From UHGV virus genome UHGV-1332848: DNA of 64,000 nt; one strand, written 5' to 3'. Positions 47,993 to 56,526 of this stretch are shown one piece after another. Every line of letters starts with the position of its first letter. Position 1 is the stretch's first letter. The stretch is from a virus. The translations under genes and the position numbers were made by a program. The notes beneath the pieces were generated by a model. It did no database searches. It saw nothing but the letters and a program-made list of their open reading frames with translations, and was not told where the DNA came from.

Positions 47993-48376
47993 ATGAAAGA
48001 GGAATGGATAGTTGAATTAACCGAAAGTGATAGTGAAATATGGAGTTCTGACATTGATTGTGATAGTAGAGAAGAAGCAATTCAAGAAGGAATGAAATGT
48101 GCTAAAGATGATGGTTTAAAATCTTTTAGAATAGGTAGAGTTATTCCTTGCGGAATCCCGAATATAGATACTGATTGGCTCTTGGAAAAAGCACAAGAGG
48201 AATTATATGATGAAGTAGGTGAATCATCAGAAGTATATTTAGATGGGGTTAGCAAAGAACAAATTGAAGAATTAGATGAACAACTTAACGAGGTTTTTTA
48301 TCAATGGCATAAAAAACATAAGTTAGAGCCTGATTGCTATACAGTTGTTAATGACGAGGTTATTGAGGTGGAGTAA
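47993..48376 (+). CDS. hypothetical acidic protein
   Basis: 127-aa ORF, RBS AGAGGGTG. Confidence 0.5.
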   Translation: MKEEWIVELTESDSEIWSSDIDCDSREEAIQEGMKCAKDDGLKSFRIGRVIPCGIPNIDTDWLLEKAQEELYDEVGESSEVYLDGVSKEQIEELDEQLNEVFYQWHKKHKLEPDCYTVVNDEVIEVE

Positions 48377-48835
48377 ATGAGTAAATTGTTTTATTGTCCA
48401 GAATGTAAATCCGAGGATGCTGAATTTAAATTTAAAAATGAATCAGAAAGAAGAAGGTTATTAATATGGATAAATACTAGGGGTGGTTATGGTAGAGTTA
48501 TAGAACATATAAGATGCCCTAAGTGTGATAACCCTTTGAGTGGTGTAATGTTGTTATTAAAAGATAAAGATTTTGATGATAATTATACAGAAATTGATTA
48601 CTGTAAAGATTTAATAACCGCATATAATACAGAAATAAAAGATGGTGGGTACTTAGTTGGTGATTTGGATTGTTTAAAATCAAAGCTGATAGCTAAAAAT
48701 GAAAAGAGAAATAAAAAGGAAGCTACACCATTAACAGAAGAGAAAAAGAAAATCCTTAAAGATTTAATGGGTAGTGCATCTAATCAACAAATAGATTTTA
48801 ATAAAGTTAGAGATGAGTGGAGGGATAATAGATGA
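48377..48835 (+). CDS. Zn-ribbon protein
   Basis: 'CPECKS...CPKCDN'. RBS GAGGTGGAG. Confidence 0.5.
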   Translation: MSKLFYCPECKSEDAEFKFKNESERRRLLIWINTRGGYGRVIEHIRCPKCDNPLSGVMLLLKDKDFDDNYTEIDYCKDLITAYNTEIKDGGYLVGDLDCLKSKLIAKNEKRNKKEATPLTEEKKKILKDLMGSASNQQIDFNKVRDEWRDNR

Positions 48836-49029
48836 GCGTTTTTAGTAAATTAATGACTATGATGGGATTGATAGGTATATATTTTATCGCTTTTACAATT
48901 GTTTCTTCGGTTTATATATTCATCAACATACTAATTCCTAATTTATCAACAACTATCGTTTGTTTGGTTATAACATTTTTATTATTAAAGAAGTTTATAA
49001 TAAAAGTTTGTGACGAATTAGAAAAATGA
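48832..49029 (+). CDS. small membrane protein (2 TM)
   Basis: Overlapping start (ATGA). Hydrophobic 'LIGIYFIAFTIVSSVYIFINILIPNLSTTIVCLVITFLLL'. Confidence 0.45.
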   Translation: MSVFSKLMTMMGLIGIYFIAFTIVSSVYIFINILIPNLSTTIVCLVITFLLLKKFIIKVCDELEK

Positions 49030-49088
49030 ATAATAGATAAAATTCGTGTTTTAATTAAAAAATGTAAGTTTGATAAGAGGGGTATAAC

Positions 49089-49289
49089 ATGGAGAAAACA
49101 AAAGACCGATTGCTTTATAATATATGTTTATTAGAAACATATAAAGAAATTTTTGAAGATTATGGTTACACTAAAGAACGAGTGGATGAAGTTATGGATA
49201 TCCTAGATAAAGAATTATCATTAATTTATAGAGTTATGTGTGACGAAAAGTGGGACTTTGAAGACAGTGATTATAAAAAGGAGAAATAA
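49089..49289 (+). CDS. hypothetical protein
   Basis: 66-aa ORF, RBS AAGAGGGG. Confidence 0.45.
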   Translation: MEKTKDRLLYNICLLETYKEIFEDYGYTKERVDEVMDILDKELSLIYRVMCDEKWDFEDSDYKKEK

Positions 49290-49291
49290 AT

Positions 49292-49681
49292 ATGAGATTG
49301 TCAGAAGTGGAAAATATTCAAAATGAAATTATAACCAAAAGTGGCGTTCAAACTTGTTTTGAAAGAATATTAATTGATATATACAAAGGACGAAAAGGAA
49401 AGAAACCGAAATATTATCATAGAGGTACTGAGGTTGAAATTGATGTAATTAAAGATGACATAGAAAAGATAGCTTATTGTGACCGTTGTATGATTTGCGT
49501 TCCTGATGAAATAGCTAAAGTGAAATGTAATAAATGCGGTAATGAAATATCTTGGATACAAGGATATAAATTGAAAAATAAAAAATATTATTTATACTCA
49601 GATAATGAATGGAGTGGGTTTAATAAAGATTATACATCCACAAGATCAAATGAAATGATTAGATATGAGGGGGAAATATGA
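49292..49681 (+). CDS. Cys-cluster protein
   Basis: 'CDRCMICVPDEIAKVKCNKCG'. RBS AAGGAGAAA. Confidence 0.5.
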   Translation: MRLSEVENIQNEIITKSGVQTCFERILIDIYKGRKGKKPKYYHRGTEVEIDVIKDDIEKIAYCDRCMICVPDEIAKVKCNKCGNEISWIQGYKLKNKKYYLYSDNEWSGFNKDYTSTRSNEMIRYEGEI

Positions 49682-50151
49682 GAAGAAAAATAATGGCATT
49701 AGTAACTAATAAAAATATTAAAGAAGGAGAAGTATATATTTCTCGCCACCATAATAAAGATAACGATACTGAAATGATAAGGCTTGGAAGTATGGATAGT
49801 CCCAAATACATATATGAACCTACATCTAATTTTAAAGAACTACCAAGAGATGTAGCATTTTATGAATTTGAAAATAACGATTATTATTTGTTAGCACTAG
49901 TTGATAGATTAGAAAGTAATAAAAGCAAAAAGGCAATGGAGATATATTGGAAATATATAGGCGATGGGGACTTTGATAATTTTGATTCATTCTATTGTCA
50001 AAGTGGAATTTACCCTATAGAAATAACAGAGGAGACAGCATTGCTAAAATGGTATAGTGTAAATAAAAAGGAAACTGTAGAAAAAGCTCATAGAGAATTT
50101 TATATAAACTTAGAGGATGATGCATTGCTAATAGATGGAGACTTACTATAA
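49678..50151 (+). CDS. hypothetical protein
   Basis: 157-aa ORF overlapping previous stop. RBS GAGGGGGAA. Confidence 0.5.
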   Translation: MRRKIMALVTNKNIKEGEVYISRHHNKDNDTEMIRLGSMDSPKYIYEPTSNFKELPRDVAFYEFENNDYYLLALVDRLESNKSKKAMEIYWKYIGDGDFDNFDSFYCQSGIYPIEITEETALLKWYSVNKKETVEKAHREFYINLEDDALLIDGDLL

Positions 50152-50163
50152 AGGAGTGATTTA

Positions 50164-50553
50164 ATGAGAATTATAATAGCAGGTTCAAGAGATTTTAATG
50201 ACTACAATAAACTTAAATCAGAAACATTAAAAATAATCAATGAATTGAATTTCAAAGATTATAATACAAAAAGAGAAAATGTAGAAATAATTAGTGGTAC
50301 TGCAAGAGGGGCTGACCAATTAGGTGAAAGATTTGCTAAAGAATACAAATTAAACTTGGTTAAGTTTCCTGCCAATTGGGATAGCTTCGGAAAGCGAGCT
50401 GGTTATTTAAGAAATGCCGAAATGAGTAAATATGCTAAACAAGATGCAGAATTAGGTGTATTGATAGCGTTTTGGAATGGGAGTAAAGGAACTAAACATA
50501 TGATAGATTTAGCGACCAAAGATGGTTTGAAAGTTTATGTTGTGAAATTTTAA
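50164..50553 (+). CDS. SLOG/DUF2493-type (DprA-like Rossmann) protein
   Basis: 'MRIIIAGSRDFNDY...ISGTARGADQLGERFA' matches the G.ARG.D Rossmann motif of DprA/YspA-like SLOG proteins. Confidence 0.45.
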   Translation: MRIIIAGSRDFNDYNKLKSETLKIINELNFKDYNTKRENVEIISGTARGADQLGERFAKEYKLNLVKFPANWDSFGKRAGYLRNAEMSKYAKQDAELGVLIAFWNGSKGTKHMIDLATKDGLKVYVVKF

Positions 50554-50558
50554 GAGAG

Positions 50559-51074
50559 GTGATTATCATTAATAAAATACAATTGCAAATAAAAATCAAA
50601 AGATTAAAAAGAAGGTTAATTGAAAAGTGGTATAAATTAGTTAAACCATTAGCTAATTTAATAGATAAAGTAGACAGTATAAAAGATAAAATACACAACA
50701 AGAAAGTAGAGAATATAACTATTGAAAAAGCATCTAAGTTACTTTCCAAGACTATCATCAAAGATTTGGTCAGACATTCTTCGGTAGATGGGTACGAAAT
50801 TGAATTAGAGGTAGCTAAAAGGAGTCAAGAATATTGCGGTGATACCGTTTTAGAATATATTAATAAATTTACGAACAATAAGTACTTAAAAACTTGGGCT
50901 TGGAGAGTTAAAGATGAGGACAAAGTTAATCATTGTAAAACTTTGGCTGAAATATTAATACATGGAGATTTAAAGAAATCTGGAGTTTCTATAAAAGTCT
51001 ATAAAAGAGATTACGGAATATACAAACATAGGATCCCAGAAGACTACCAATATACAATACAGATAAGTTTATAA
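50559..51074 (+). CDS. hypothetical protein
   Basis: 171-aa ORF, GTG start, RBS AAGAGAGGTG. Confidence 0.45.
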   Translation: MIIINKIQLQIKIKRLKRRLIEKWYKLVKPLANLIDKVDSIKDKIHNKKVENITIEKASKLLSKTIIKDLVRHSSVDGYEIELEVAKRSQEYCGDTVLEYINKFTNNKYLKTWAWRVKDEDKVNHCKTLAEILIHGDLKKSGVSIKVYKRDYGIYKHRIPEDYQYTIQISL

Positions 51075-51115
51075 AATGTGGATTTCAATAATTAATTAAA
51101 GGAGTGGATTATAAA

Positions 51116-51706
51116 ATGACATGTGTGGTAGGAATGTTAGATAAAGAGAATAAAACAGTTTACTTGGGTGGAGATAGCTTAGGCTCAAATGGTTATATAA
51201 AGACAATTTATAAACAAAGAAAGGTTTTTCATTCAAAAGATACAAATGATTTAATTATAGGTATTTGTGGTTCTTTCAATTTTCAAGGGTTAGAATATGA
51301 AAAATTGCTAGATGAAACAAAATTATTGAAAGGCGAGATAGATAGAGAATATTTAATAACAAAGTTTATACCAAATTTAAGAAGAATAATATCGTCATAT
51401 AACTGTAACGAATCCAAAAGCGGGATAGATAGTATGGAAGGAGTTTTACTATTCGGATATAGAGATAATTTATTTATGATACAATCCGATTACTCGTTAG
51501 TGGAATCTACTGATGATTATTTGGCAATTGGTAGTGGGATGGATTACGCTTTAGGAAGTTTAGCAACAACTTATGATAATGAAATACCTATAATAGACAA
51601 AATACATATGGCTTTAAAGTCAGCTACAAAACATGTGGTAGGAGTTGAACCACCGTTCTACATAATAAATACAGCTAATGACGAAGTAATAGAATTGTTA
51701 GAATAA
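51116..51706 (+). CDS. HslV/proteasome-beta-like Ntn-hydrolase peptidase
   Basis: ATG 51116 (RBS AAGGAGTGG) gives N-terminal 'MTCVVGM' (Thr1 nucleophile after Met removal). 'LGGDSLGS' and 'LAIGSGMDYALGSLA' parallel HslV 'IAGDGQ' and 'IAIGSGGPYAQAAA'. Confidence 0.55.
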   Translation: MTCVVGMLDKENKTVYLGGDSLGSNGYIKTIYKQRKVFHSKDTNDLIIGICGSFNFQGLEYEKLLDETKLLKGEIDREYLITKFIPNLRRIISSYNCNESKSGIDSMEGVLLFGYRDNLFMIQSDYSLVESTDDYLAIGSGMDYALGSLATTYDNEIPIIDKIHMALKSATKHVVGVEPPFYIINTANDEVIELLE

Positions 51707-51726
51707 ATTAAAAGGAGATGAGAATA

Positions 51727-51882
51727 ATGAAAATCAAAGCAATAACTAATTTAAGAGAATTTGTATTCGATACTGAAGATATGAAAACTCAAAATAGAGG
51801 TGGAGTAGGTGTCAGCTTATTAGGATTAGCCAAAAATCAATTAGAAAAAGGAGAAAATCTAGTAAGACTAGTGGAAGTGTAA
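51727..51882 (+). CDS. small hypothetical protein
   Basis: ORF with RBS AAAGGAGATGAG. Not in track. Confidence 0.4.
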   Translation: MKIKAITNLREFVFDTEDMKTQNRGGVGVSLLGLAKNQLEKGENLVRLVEV

Positions 51883-51883
51883 G

Positions 51884-52573
51884 ATGAAGAGAAAATTAAT
51901 CAATAAGATTATATTAACATTATCTTTAACATTAGCGATAACAACATATTATACAATAGATAAATACATAAATATAAAACAACAACAAAAGGTTATGCCG
52001 TTATCAACTAAAGAAGAAATTGATCTAATATCTAAAGATGTGATAATTAAAAAACTTAATAATGAGAACCAAATGTTAGTAGTGTCTGGAGAAACAGAAG
52101 TCCAAGTTACATATTCAAATAAAGATATAGCTGAAGATGATGTTAATTTTAAATGGATTAAAGATTGGTTTTCTAAGATGAATAGTAAAGACTTAAAGAT
52201 TAATGCTACTTATACATATCAATTCCATTACGATTTAAAGGACTTAGACATAACAATAGTTAATAATAAACCCAGTATGAATCTTAGTAAGAATAGACTA
52301 AACTGTGAAGCTGAATTGATAGATAATAAATCTATTTATGCTGATAGGGTAGGCATATTTGAATCTCAGTTTACTCCACAGGAAGTTAGTTCTATTAATG
52401 CAAGAACTAAAGCAATAGTATTAAATAAAATACAGAATGATAAAGAACTTAGGGATAAAGCTATGGCTAATGTACAAAAGAATATAGAGGATTTATTAAA
52501 GATTGATTGTAAATTTAGTGTAGCAAAATATGATGTAGTTGAATATAATAATGAAATTTTATTTAATAATTAA
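51884..52573 (+). CDS. membrane-anchored hypothetical protein
   Basis: N-terminal TM 'LINKIILTLSLTLAITTYYTI'. 229 aa. Confidence 0.5.
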   Translation: MKRKLINKIILTLSLTLAITTYYTIDKYINIKQQQKVMPLSTKEEIDLISKDVIIKKLNNENQMLVVSGETEVQVTYSNKDIAEDDVNFKWIKDWFSKMNSKDLKINATYTYQFHYDLKDLDITIVNNKPSMNLSKNRLNCEAELIDNKSIYADRVGIFESQFTPQEVSSINARTKAIVLNKIQNDKELRDKAMANVQKNIEDLLKIDCKFSVAKYDVVEYNNEILFNN

Positions 52574-52612
52574 TTAAAAACTATTTACAATGTAAGAAAA
52601 TGATGGTATTAT
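52566..52612 (+). promoter_or_regulatory. AATAATTAATTAAAAA motif + TTTACA-17-TATTAT promoter
   Basis: TTTACA 52584-52589, TATTAT 52607-52612. Confidence 0.5.
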
Positions 52613-52659
52613 TAATACAAGAACAGAAGTTCTTAAAAATAAGATGGTGGGTGGATAAT

Positions 52660-52818
52660 ATGAATATTGAAAAAATGAGTTATGAAGAATTAAAGGCTTT
52701 TGCAAATGAACTAATGAGGGAGAATGAAAAGCTAAAGAGTAAAGTTGATACTTATTCAGTAGATATGACAGTTGAAGATATGGAGGCACAATATAAAGAT
52801 TATTACAGTCAATATTAA
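52660..52818 (+). CDS. small coiled-coil protein
   Basis: Track ORF 52600 begins inside the promoter. ATG 52660 with RBS GGTGGGTGG preferred (52 aa). Confidence 0.45.
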   Translation: MNIEKMSYEELKAFANELMRENEKLKSKVDTYSVDMTVEDMEAQYKDYYSQY

Positions 52819-52862
52819 TACATAATAATTAATTAAAAATATTATAATAAAGGAGAATGATT

Positions 52863-53372
52863 ATGAATAAAAACAAAAAAATCTACATCGCAGGGAGTTT
52901 ATTTTCTGAAGCTGAGGTTGCACAAAGAATAAAGGAGGGAGAGTTGTTAAAAAAAGTTGGGTTTGAAAATATATATAATCCTATACAAGCCCCATGCAAT
53001 TCCAAGGAAGATTTGCCGACTGCTGAAGATATTTTCTGGGGAGACACAAAAGAAGTATTAGAATCAGAAATTGTAGTGATTGATATAAGTAACCCACTAG
53101 ATGCAGGAGTTTTTTGTGAAACTGGGATAGCTTGGGCTTGTAATTACATCCATAGGTTAGCTAATGAAGGTAAGAATTTAGATGAAGTTTTAAACATAAT
53201 GAAAGAAAAGATGGTAGTAGCACATCTATCTGATATAAGGAAATCGACATCACATAGATATAATGGCAACCATATTCCAGTAGGATTTAATCAATTTGCA
53301 GTAGCCTGTATTGAAGATGTTGGTGTTATAAAAGACAGTTTCAATGAAGTATTAGAAGAGTTAAATGATTAA
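52863..53372 (+). CDS. nucleoside 2-deoxyribosyltransferase-like protein
   Basis: N-terminal 'KKIYIAGSLFSEAE' matches the NDT/Rcl family 'iYlAGp.F' motif. RBS AAAGGAGAA. Confidence 0.45.
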   Translation: MNKNKKIYIAGSLFSEAEVAQRIKEGELLKKVGFENIYNPIQAPCNSKEDLPTAEDIFWGDTKEVLESEIVVIDISNPLDAGVFCETGIAWACNYIHRLANEGKNLDEVLNIMKEKMVVAHLSDIRKSTSHRYNGNHIPVGFNQFAVACIEDVGVIKDSFNEVLEELND

Positions 53373-53405
53373 TTTGTATCTATTGCGAAGAAAATGGAGG
53401 TAACT

Positions 53406-53684
53406 ATGGATTTAAAAATAAAAGATAAAGTTATATTCACTAATATGCAAAATGGAAATGAAGAAGTTGGAGAAATACAACTAATTGCACAAGTCACAGA
53501 TTGTGATACTACTGGAATAGTCGGTAAAAATGTTTATTATGTTAGAACTATAACGGGAGGACAACTATTTTTTAGGCAAAACTTAGAAAAATATACAGAA
53601 GGAGTTAAGGATCAATGTCCTTGTATGAAAGAGCCAAGCTATAATTGTGGCATGAAATGTTCAAGATGTGGAAGAGAATTGTAA
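53406..53684 (+). CDS. small protein with C-terminal Cys cluster
   Basis: ATG 53406 with RBS AATGGAGGTAA. 'CPCMKEPSYNCGMKCSRCG'. Confidence 0.45.
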   Translation: MDLKIKDKVIFTNMQNGNEEVGEIQLIAQVTDCDTTGIVGKNVYYVRTITGGQLFFRQNLEKYTEGVKDQCPCMKEPSYNCGMKCSRCGREL

Positions 53685-53729
53685 TTCGCAATTCAGAAAT
53701 AAGAATAAATTAGGGGAGGAAATGAAAAT

Positions 53730-54014
53730 ATGAATTTAGCAACATTATTTAGTACATTTCAATTAGTAGGAGGTGTAGTTCTGTTTATATCGTATTTACC
53801 GATGATTAAGTTGCTACACACTACAAAATCAGCTAAAAATCAAAGTATTAGTTTTTGGATCATATTAGATGTAGGAATGGTTTTATTTGAGTTAAATGCT
53901 CTATATTTAGCAATTACACTAGGACAACTATCATATGCAATAAGCCAATCATTAAATTTATTATGCGGTATTATTGTATTAATTCAATTATTAATTTATA
54001 GAAAGAATGATTAG
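53730..54014 (+). CDS. small 3-TM membrane protein
   Basis: 94 aa, hydrophobic throughout. RBS GGGGAGGAAATG. Confidence 0.5.
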   Translation: MNLATLFSTFQLVGGVVLFISYLPMIKLLHTTKSAKNQSISFWIILDVGMVLFELNALYLAITLGQLSYAISQSLNLLCGIIVLIQLLIYRKND

Positions 54015-54023
54015 GAGTAAGTG

Positions 54024-54663
54024 GATGAAGAAATTAAAATTATTTATAGATATGGATGAGTGTATTTTCGACCTTTCAGATGCTATAAGATTAAGAGTAA
54101 ACAAAGACTTTAACAAAAATTATCCGAAGGGATTCAATAAATCTTATTGGTGGTCAGATTATGAAATACCAAAGAAATATTTTGAAAATTTACTAAATCA
54201 AAAAGGATTATTTTTAGATTTGCAACCATATGAATGTGCAATAGAAACATTAACTAAACTACATGAAGAAGGTTATGATATACATATTCTAACTTGCCCA
54301 CAGTACAATGAAACGTGTTTCATAGAAAAAGTATTGTCGGTTAAAAAATACTTACCATTCATAAATATAGAAACTAATTTTCATACAAGTGGCAATAAAG
54401 GTTTGTTTGCTAAAGAGAATAGAATATTAGTTGATGATAATCCAATTTACATAAACCAATTTAGAGACAATGGTGGCTATGCGATAGTATTCAATCAACC
54501 TTGGAATAAAGAATGTAATGATGCTAGGGCGTTTAATTGGAATGATGTTTATGAGTATATAAAATTATATGATGAAGTTTATAATTTTAATAATACAAAT
54601 GTAAAAGTTAATGTAGATATAAATAATTATAAAAAGTATATGGAAGGAGCTTATCATGAGTAG
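54024..54663 (+). CDS. HAD-family 5'(3')-deoxyribonucleotidase-like protein
   Basis: N-terminal 'LFIDMDECIFDL' matches HAD motif I (DxD) as in NT5C 'vDMDGVLadf'. RBS TTAGGAGTAAGTGG. Confidence 0.45.
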
Positions 54664-55273
54664 TAAATTATATTTCAAGTATGGCTGTATGAACTCAAGT
54701 AAATCATTAAATCTTTTAGCAACAGCTCATAACTATGAATCACAGGGTAAAAAAGTATTGCTAATAAAACCAACTTTAGATACAAGGACAGACAAAGGAA
54801 TTATTGAAAGTAGAGTAGGTATTTCTAAAAAATGTATTGATGTAGATAAGGATACTAACTTAATAAATTTATTTAAAATGCATATAAAGTATAATGATTT
54901 AATACATTGTATTTTGATTGATGAAGCACAATTCTTAACGAAAGATCAGGTAAAACAATTAGCAAAAATAGTTGATACATACGATATTCCAGTTCTTTGT
55001 TATGGTCTTAAAAACAGTTATATCGAATCTGAATTGTTTGAAGGAAGTCAAGCACTTTTATACTACGCAGACAAGTTGGAAGAAATTAAAACAACTTGCT
55101 TTTGTGAGGGATGTAATTCAAAGGCTACAATGAATCTTAGGATATTAAATGGTGAAGCCGTATATAACGGAGAAATGATTAATTGCGGAGATACCAAACC
55201 AACAAGCGATTATTATATGCCAGTATGTAGAAAACATTATTACAATCAAATAGGTTATTATAATCTTAAATAA
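54656..55273 (+). CDS. tdk: thymidine kinase
   Basis: 'YFKYGCMNSSKS' P-loop of TK1 family. C-terminal Zn ribbon 'CFCEGCNSKA...PVCRKHY'. Confidence 0.85.
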   Translation: MSSKLYFKYGCMNSSKSLNLLATAHNYESQGKKVLLIKPTLDTRTDKGIIESRVGISKKCIDVDKDTNLINLFKMHIKYNDLIHCILIDEAQFLTKDQVKQLAKIVDTYDIPVLCYGLKNSYIESELFEGSQALLYYADKLEEIKTTCFCEGCNSKATMNLRILNGEAVYNGEMINCGDTKPTSDYYMPVCRKHYYNQIGYYNLK

Positions 55274-55390
55274 GTTACTCGTAAATGATATAGATATTAT
55301 AATTAATTAAACTATATCAAAATTACTTCTGAAACATATAATATATCATAATAAGTTTATAGGAAGAGTTTTTATGAAAAAATAAAAAAA

Positions 55391-55431
55391 TAGGGGATAT
55401 ACACTCAAATTAATGAATATATATCCCCTAA
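55391..55431. terminator. bidirectional rho-independent terminator (AGGGGATATA...TATATCCCCT flanked by A- and T-runs)
   Basis: 10-bp GC-containing stem 55392-55401/55420-55429. A8 upstream, AT-rich downstream. Sits between convergent gene blocks. Confidence 0.6.
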
Positions 55432-55476
55432 ATTAAAAATGATAATTTACATATACTAATAGATTTAATACAGAAA

Positions 55477-55515
55477 GGAGTGAGTTTTACATGCAGGTGA
55501 CTCACTCCTTTCTTT
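55477..55515 (+). terminator. rho-independent terminator (GGAGTGAG...CTCACTCC + TTTCTTTT)
   Basis: 8-bp stem 55477-55484/55501-55508 followed by T-rich tract. Confidence 0.55.
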
Positions 55516-55670
55516 TACCCAATTTTAGAATCCAGCTCTTCAAGCAAATCTAATAAGCATTTTCTATAGCCCTGAGAATAATTATATGTATTCTCGTTAT
55601 AATTGTCTATTTCATAACTTATTAATTTTTCTTGGAGTTGAGATTTAAATCTTTGTAGTATTAAATCCAT
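55515..55670 (-). CDS. small hypothetical protein
   Basis: 52-aa minus-strand ORF 'MDLILQRFKSQLQEKLISYEIDNYNENTYNYSQGYRKCLLDLLEELDSKIG' with RBS AAAGGGGATGGG. Not in track. Confidence 0.35.
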   Translation of the reverse strand: MDLILQRFKSQLQEKLISYEIDNYNENTYNYSQGYRKCLLDLLEELDSKIG

Positions 55671-56021
55671 TTTCCCATCCCCTTTATACTATATATAGTA
55701 TTTTTTATTATCAACATCTACAATATGTAGTATTGAAAACTTTTTAAAATAACAATTTTATCTATTTACTTTAACTTTAGTTTATTATATAATTAAACTT
55801 ATAATTGATAATATTTTGTTATTTTTATATCAATTATAAGTTTCTATTTTTTTATACAGATAGATTAAACCTAAACAAAGTAAATGCATTATGTGTTGAA
55901 TGTAAAGTTTAATCTATCTTTTTTATTGTAATATTAATTATTACGAATATTGGTATCACTAATATCTTTTATATTCGTACTCATATTTTATCGTTAGTGC
56001 GTAATATGTTTCTATTATTAC

Positions 56022-56453
56022 CTACATATTTCTATATTTTATTACCTTTGCAGGAGATCCAACTGCTACAGCGTTATTTGGTATATCTCTAGTAACAACG
56101 CTATTAGCCCCTATTATTACATTGTCGCCAACAATCACATTCCCTATAATTTTCGCACCAGCACCTATTACTACACTATCTCCAATTCTTGGAACTTCCT
56201 TTTGACCTATACTTCCTCCAATAGTTACTTGTTGACTTATCTTACAATTCTTCCCAATGATAGCATTGGGATGCAAAACTATTCCTAACCCATAATATCC
56301 AAAGCTTGTACCTTCTCCGATTTTTGTCTGGTATGGTATAACACATCCGAATACTATTCTCATCAATATTTTTATTAATTTAGGAATTACAGGTATTTTA
56401 TGTTTATATAGAAAATGTGACATATTATACAAATAGTTTATTATTTTAATCAT
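56022..56453 (-). CDS. hexapeptide-repeat (LbH) acetyltransferase
   Basis: 'IGDSVVIGAGAKIIGNVIVGDNVIIGANSVV' left-handed beta-helix hexapeptide repeats. Sugar O-acetyltransferase-like. Confidence 0.8.
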   Translation of the reverse strand: MIKIINYLYNMSHFLYKHKIPVIPKLIKILMRIVFGCVIPYQTKIGEGTSFGYYGLGIVLHPNAIIGKNCKISQQVTIGGSIGQKEVPRIGDSVVIGAGAKIIGNVIVGDNVIIGANSVVTRDIPNNAVAVGSPAKVIKYRNM

Positions 56454-56526
56454 CCCCTTTAAAATTCTTATTAATCTTATTCACACCTTCTATTTTACAA
56501 TGTAATTGAATTTGTTACAACTTTTG

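Noticed and set aside
55275-56021. Prophage attachment site or genome end at the convergent junction
   Set aside because: No integrase is adjacent and no tRNA-like sequence is present. The hairpins are adequately explained as bidirectional terminators. Kept only as a low-interest finding.
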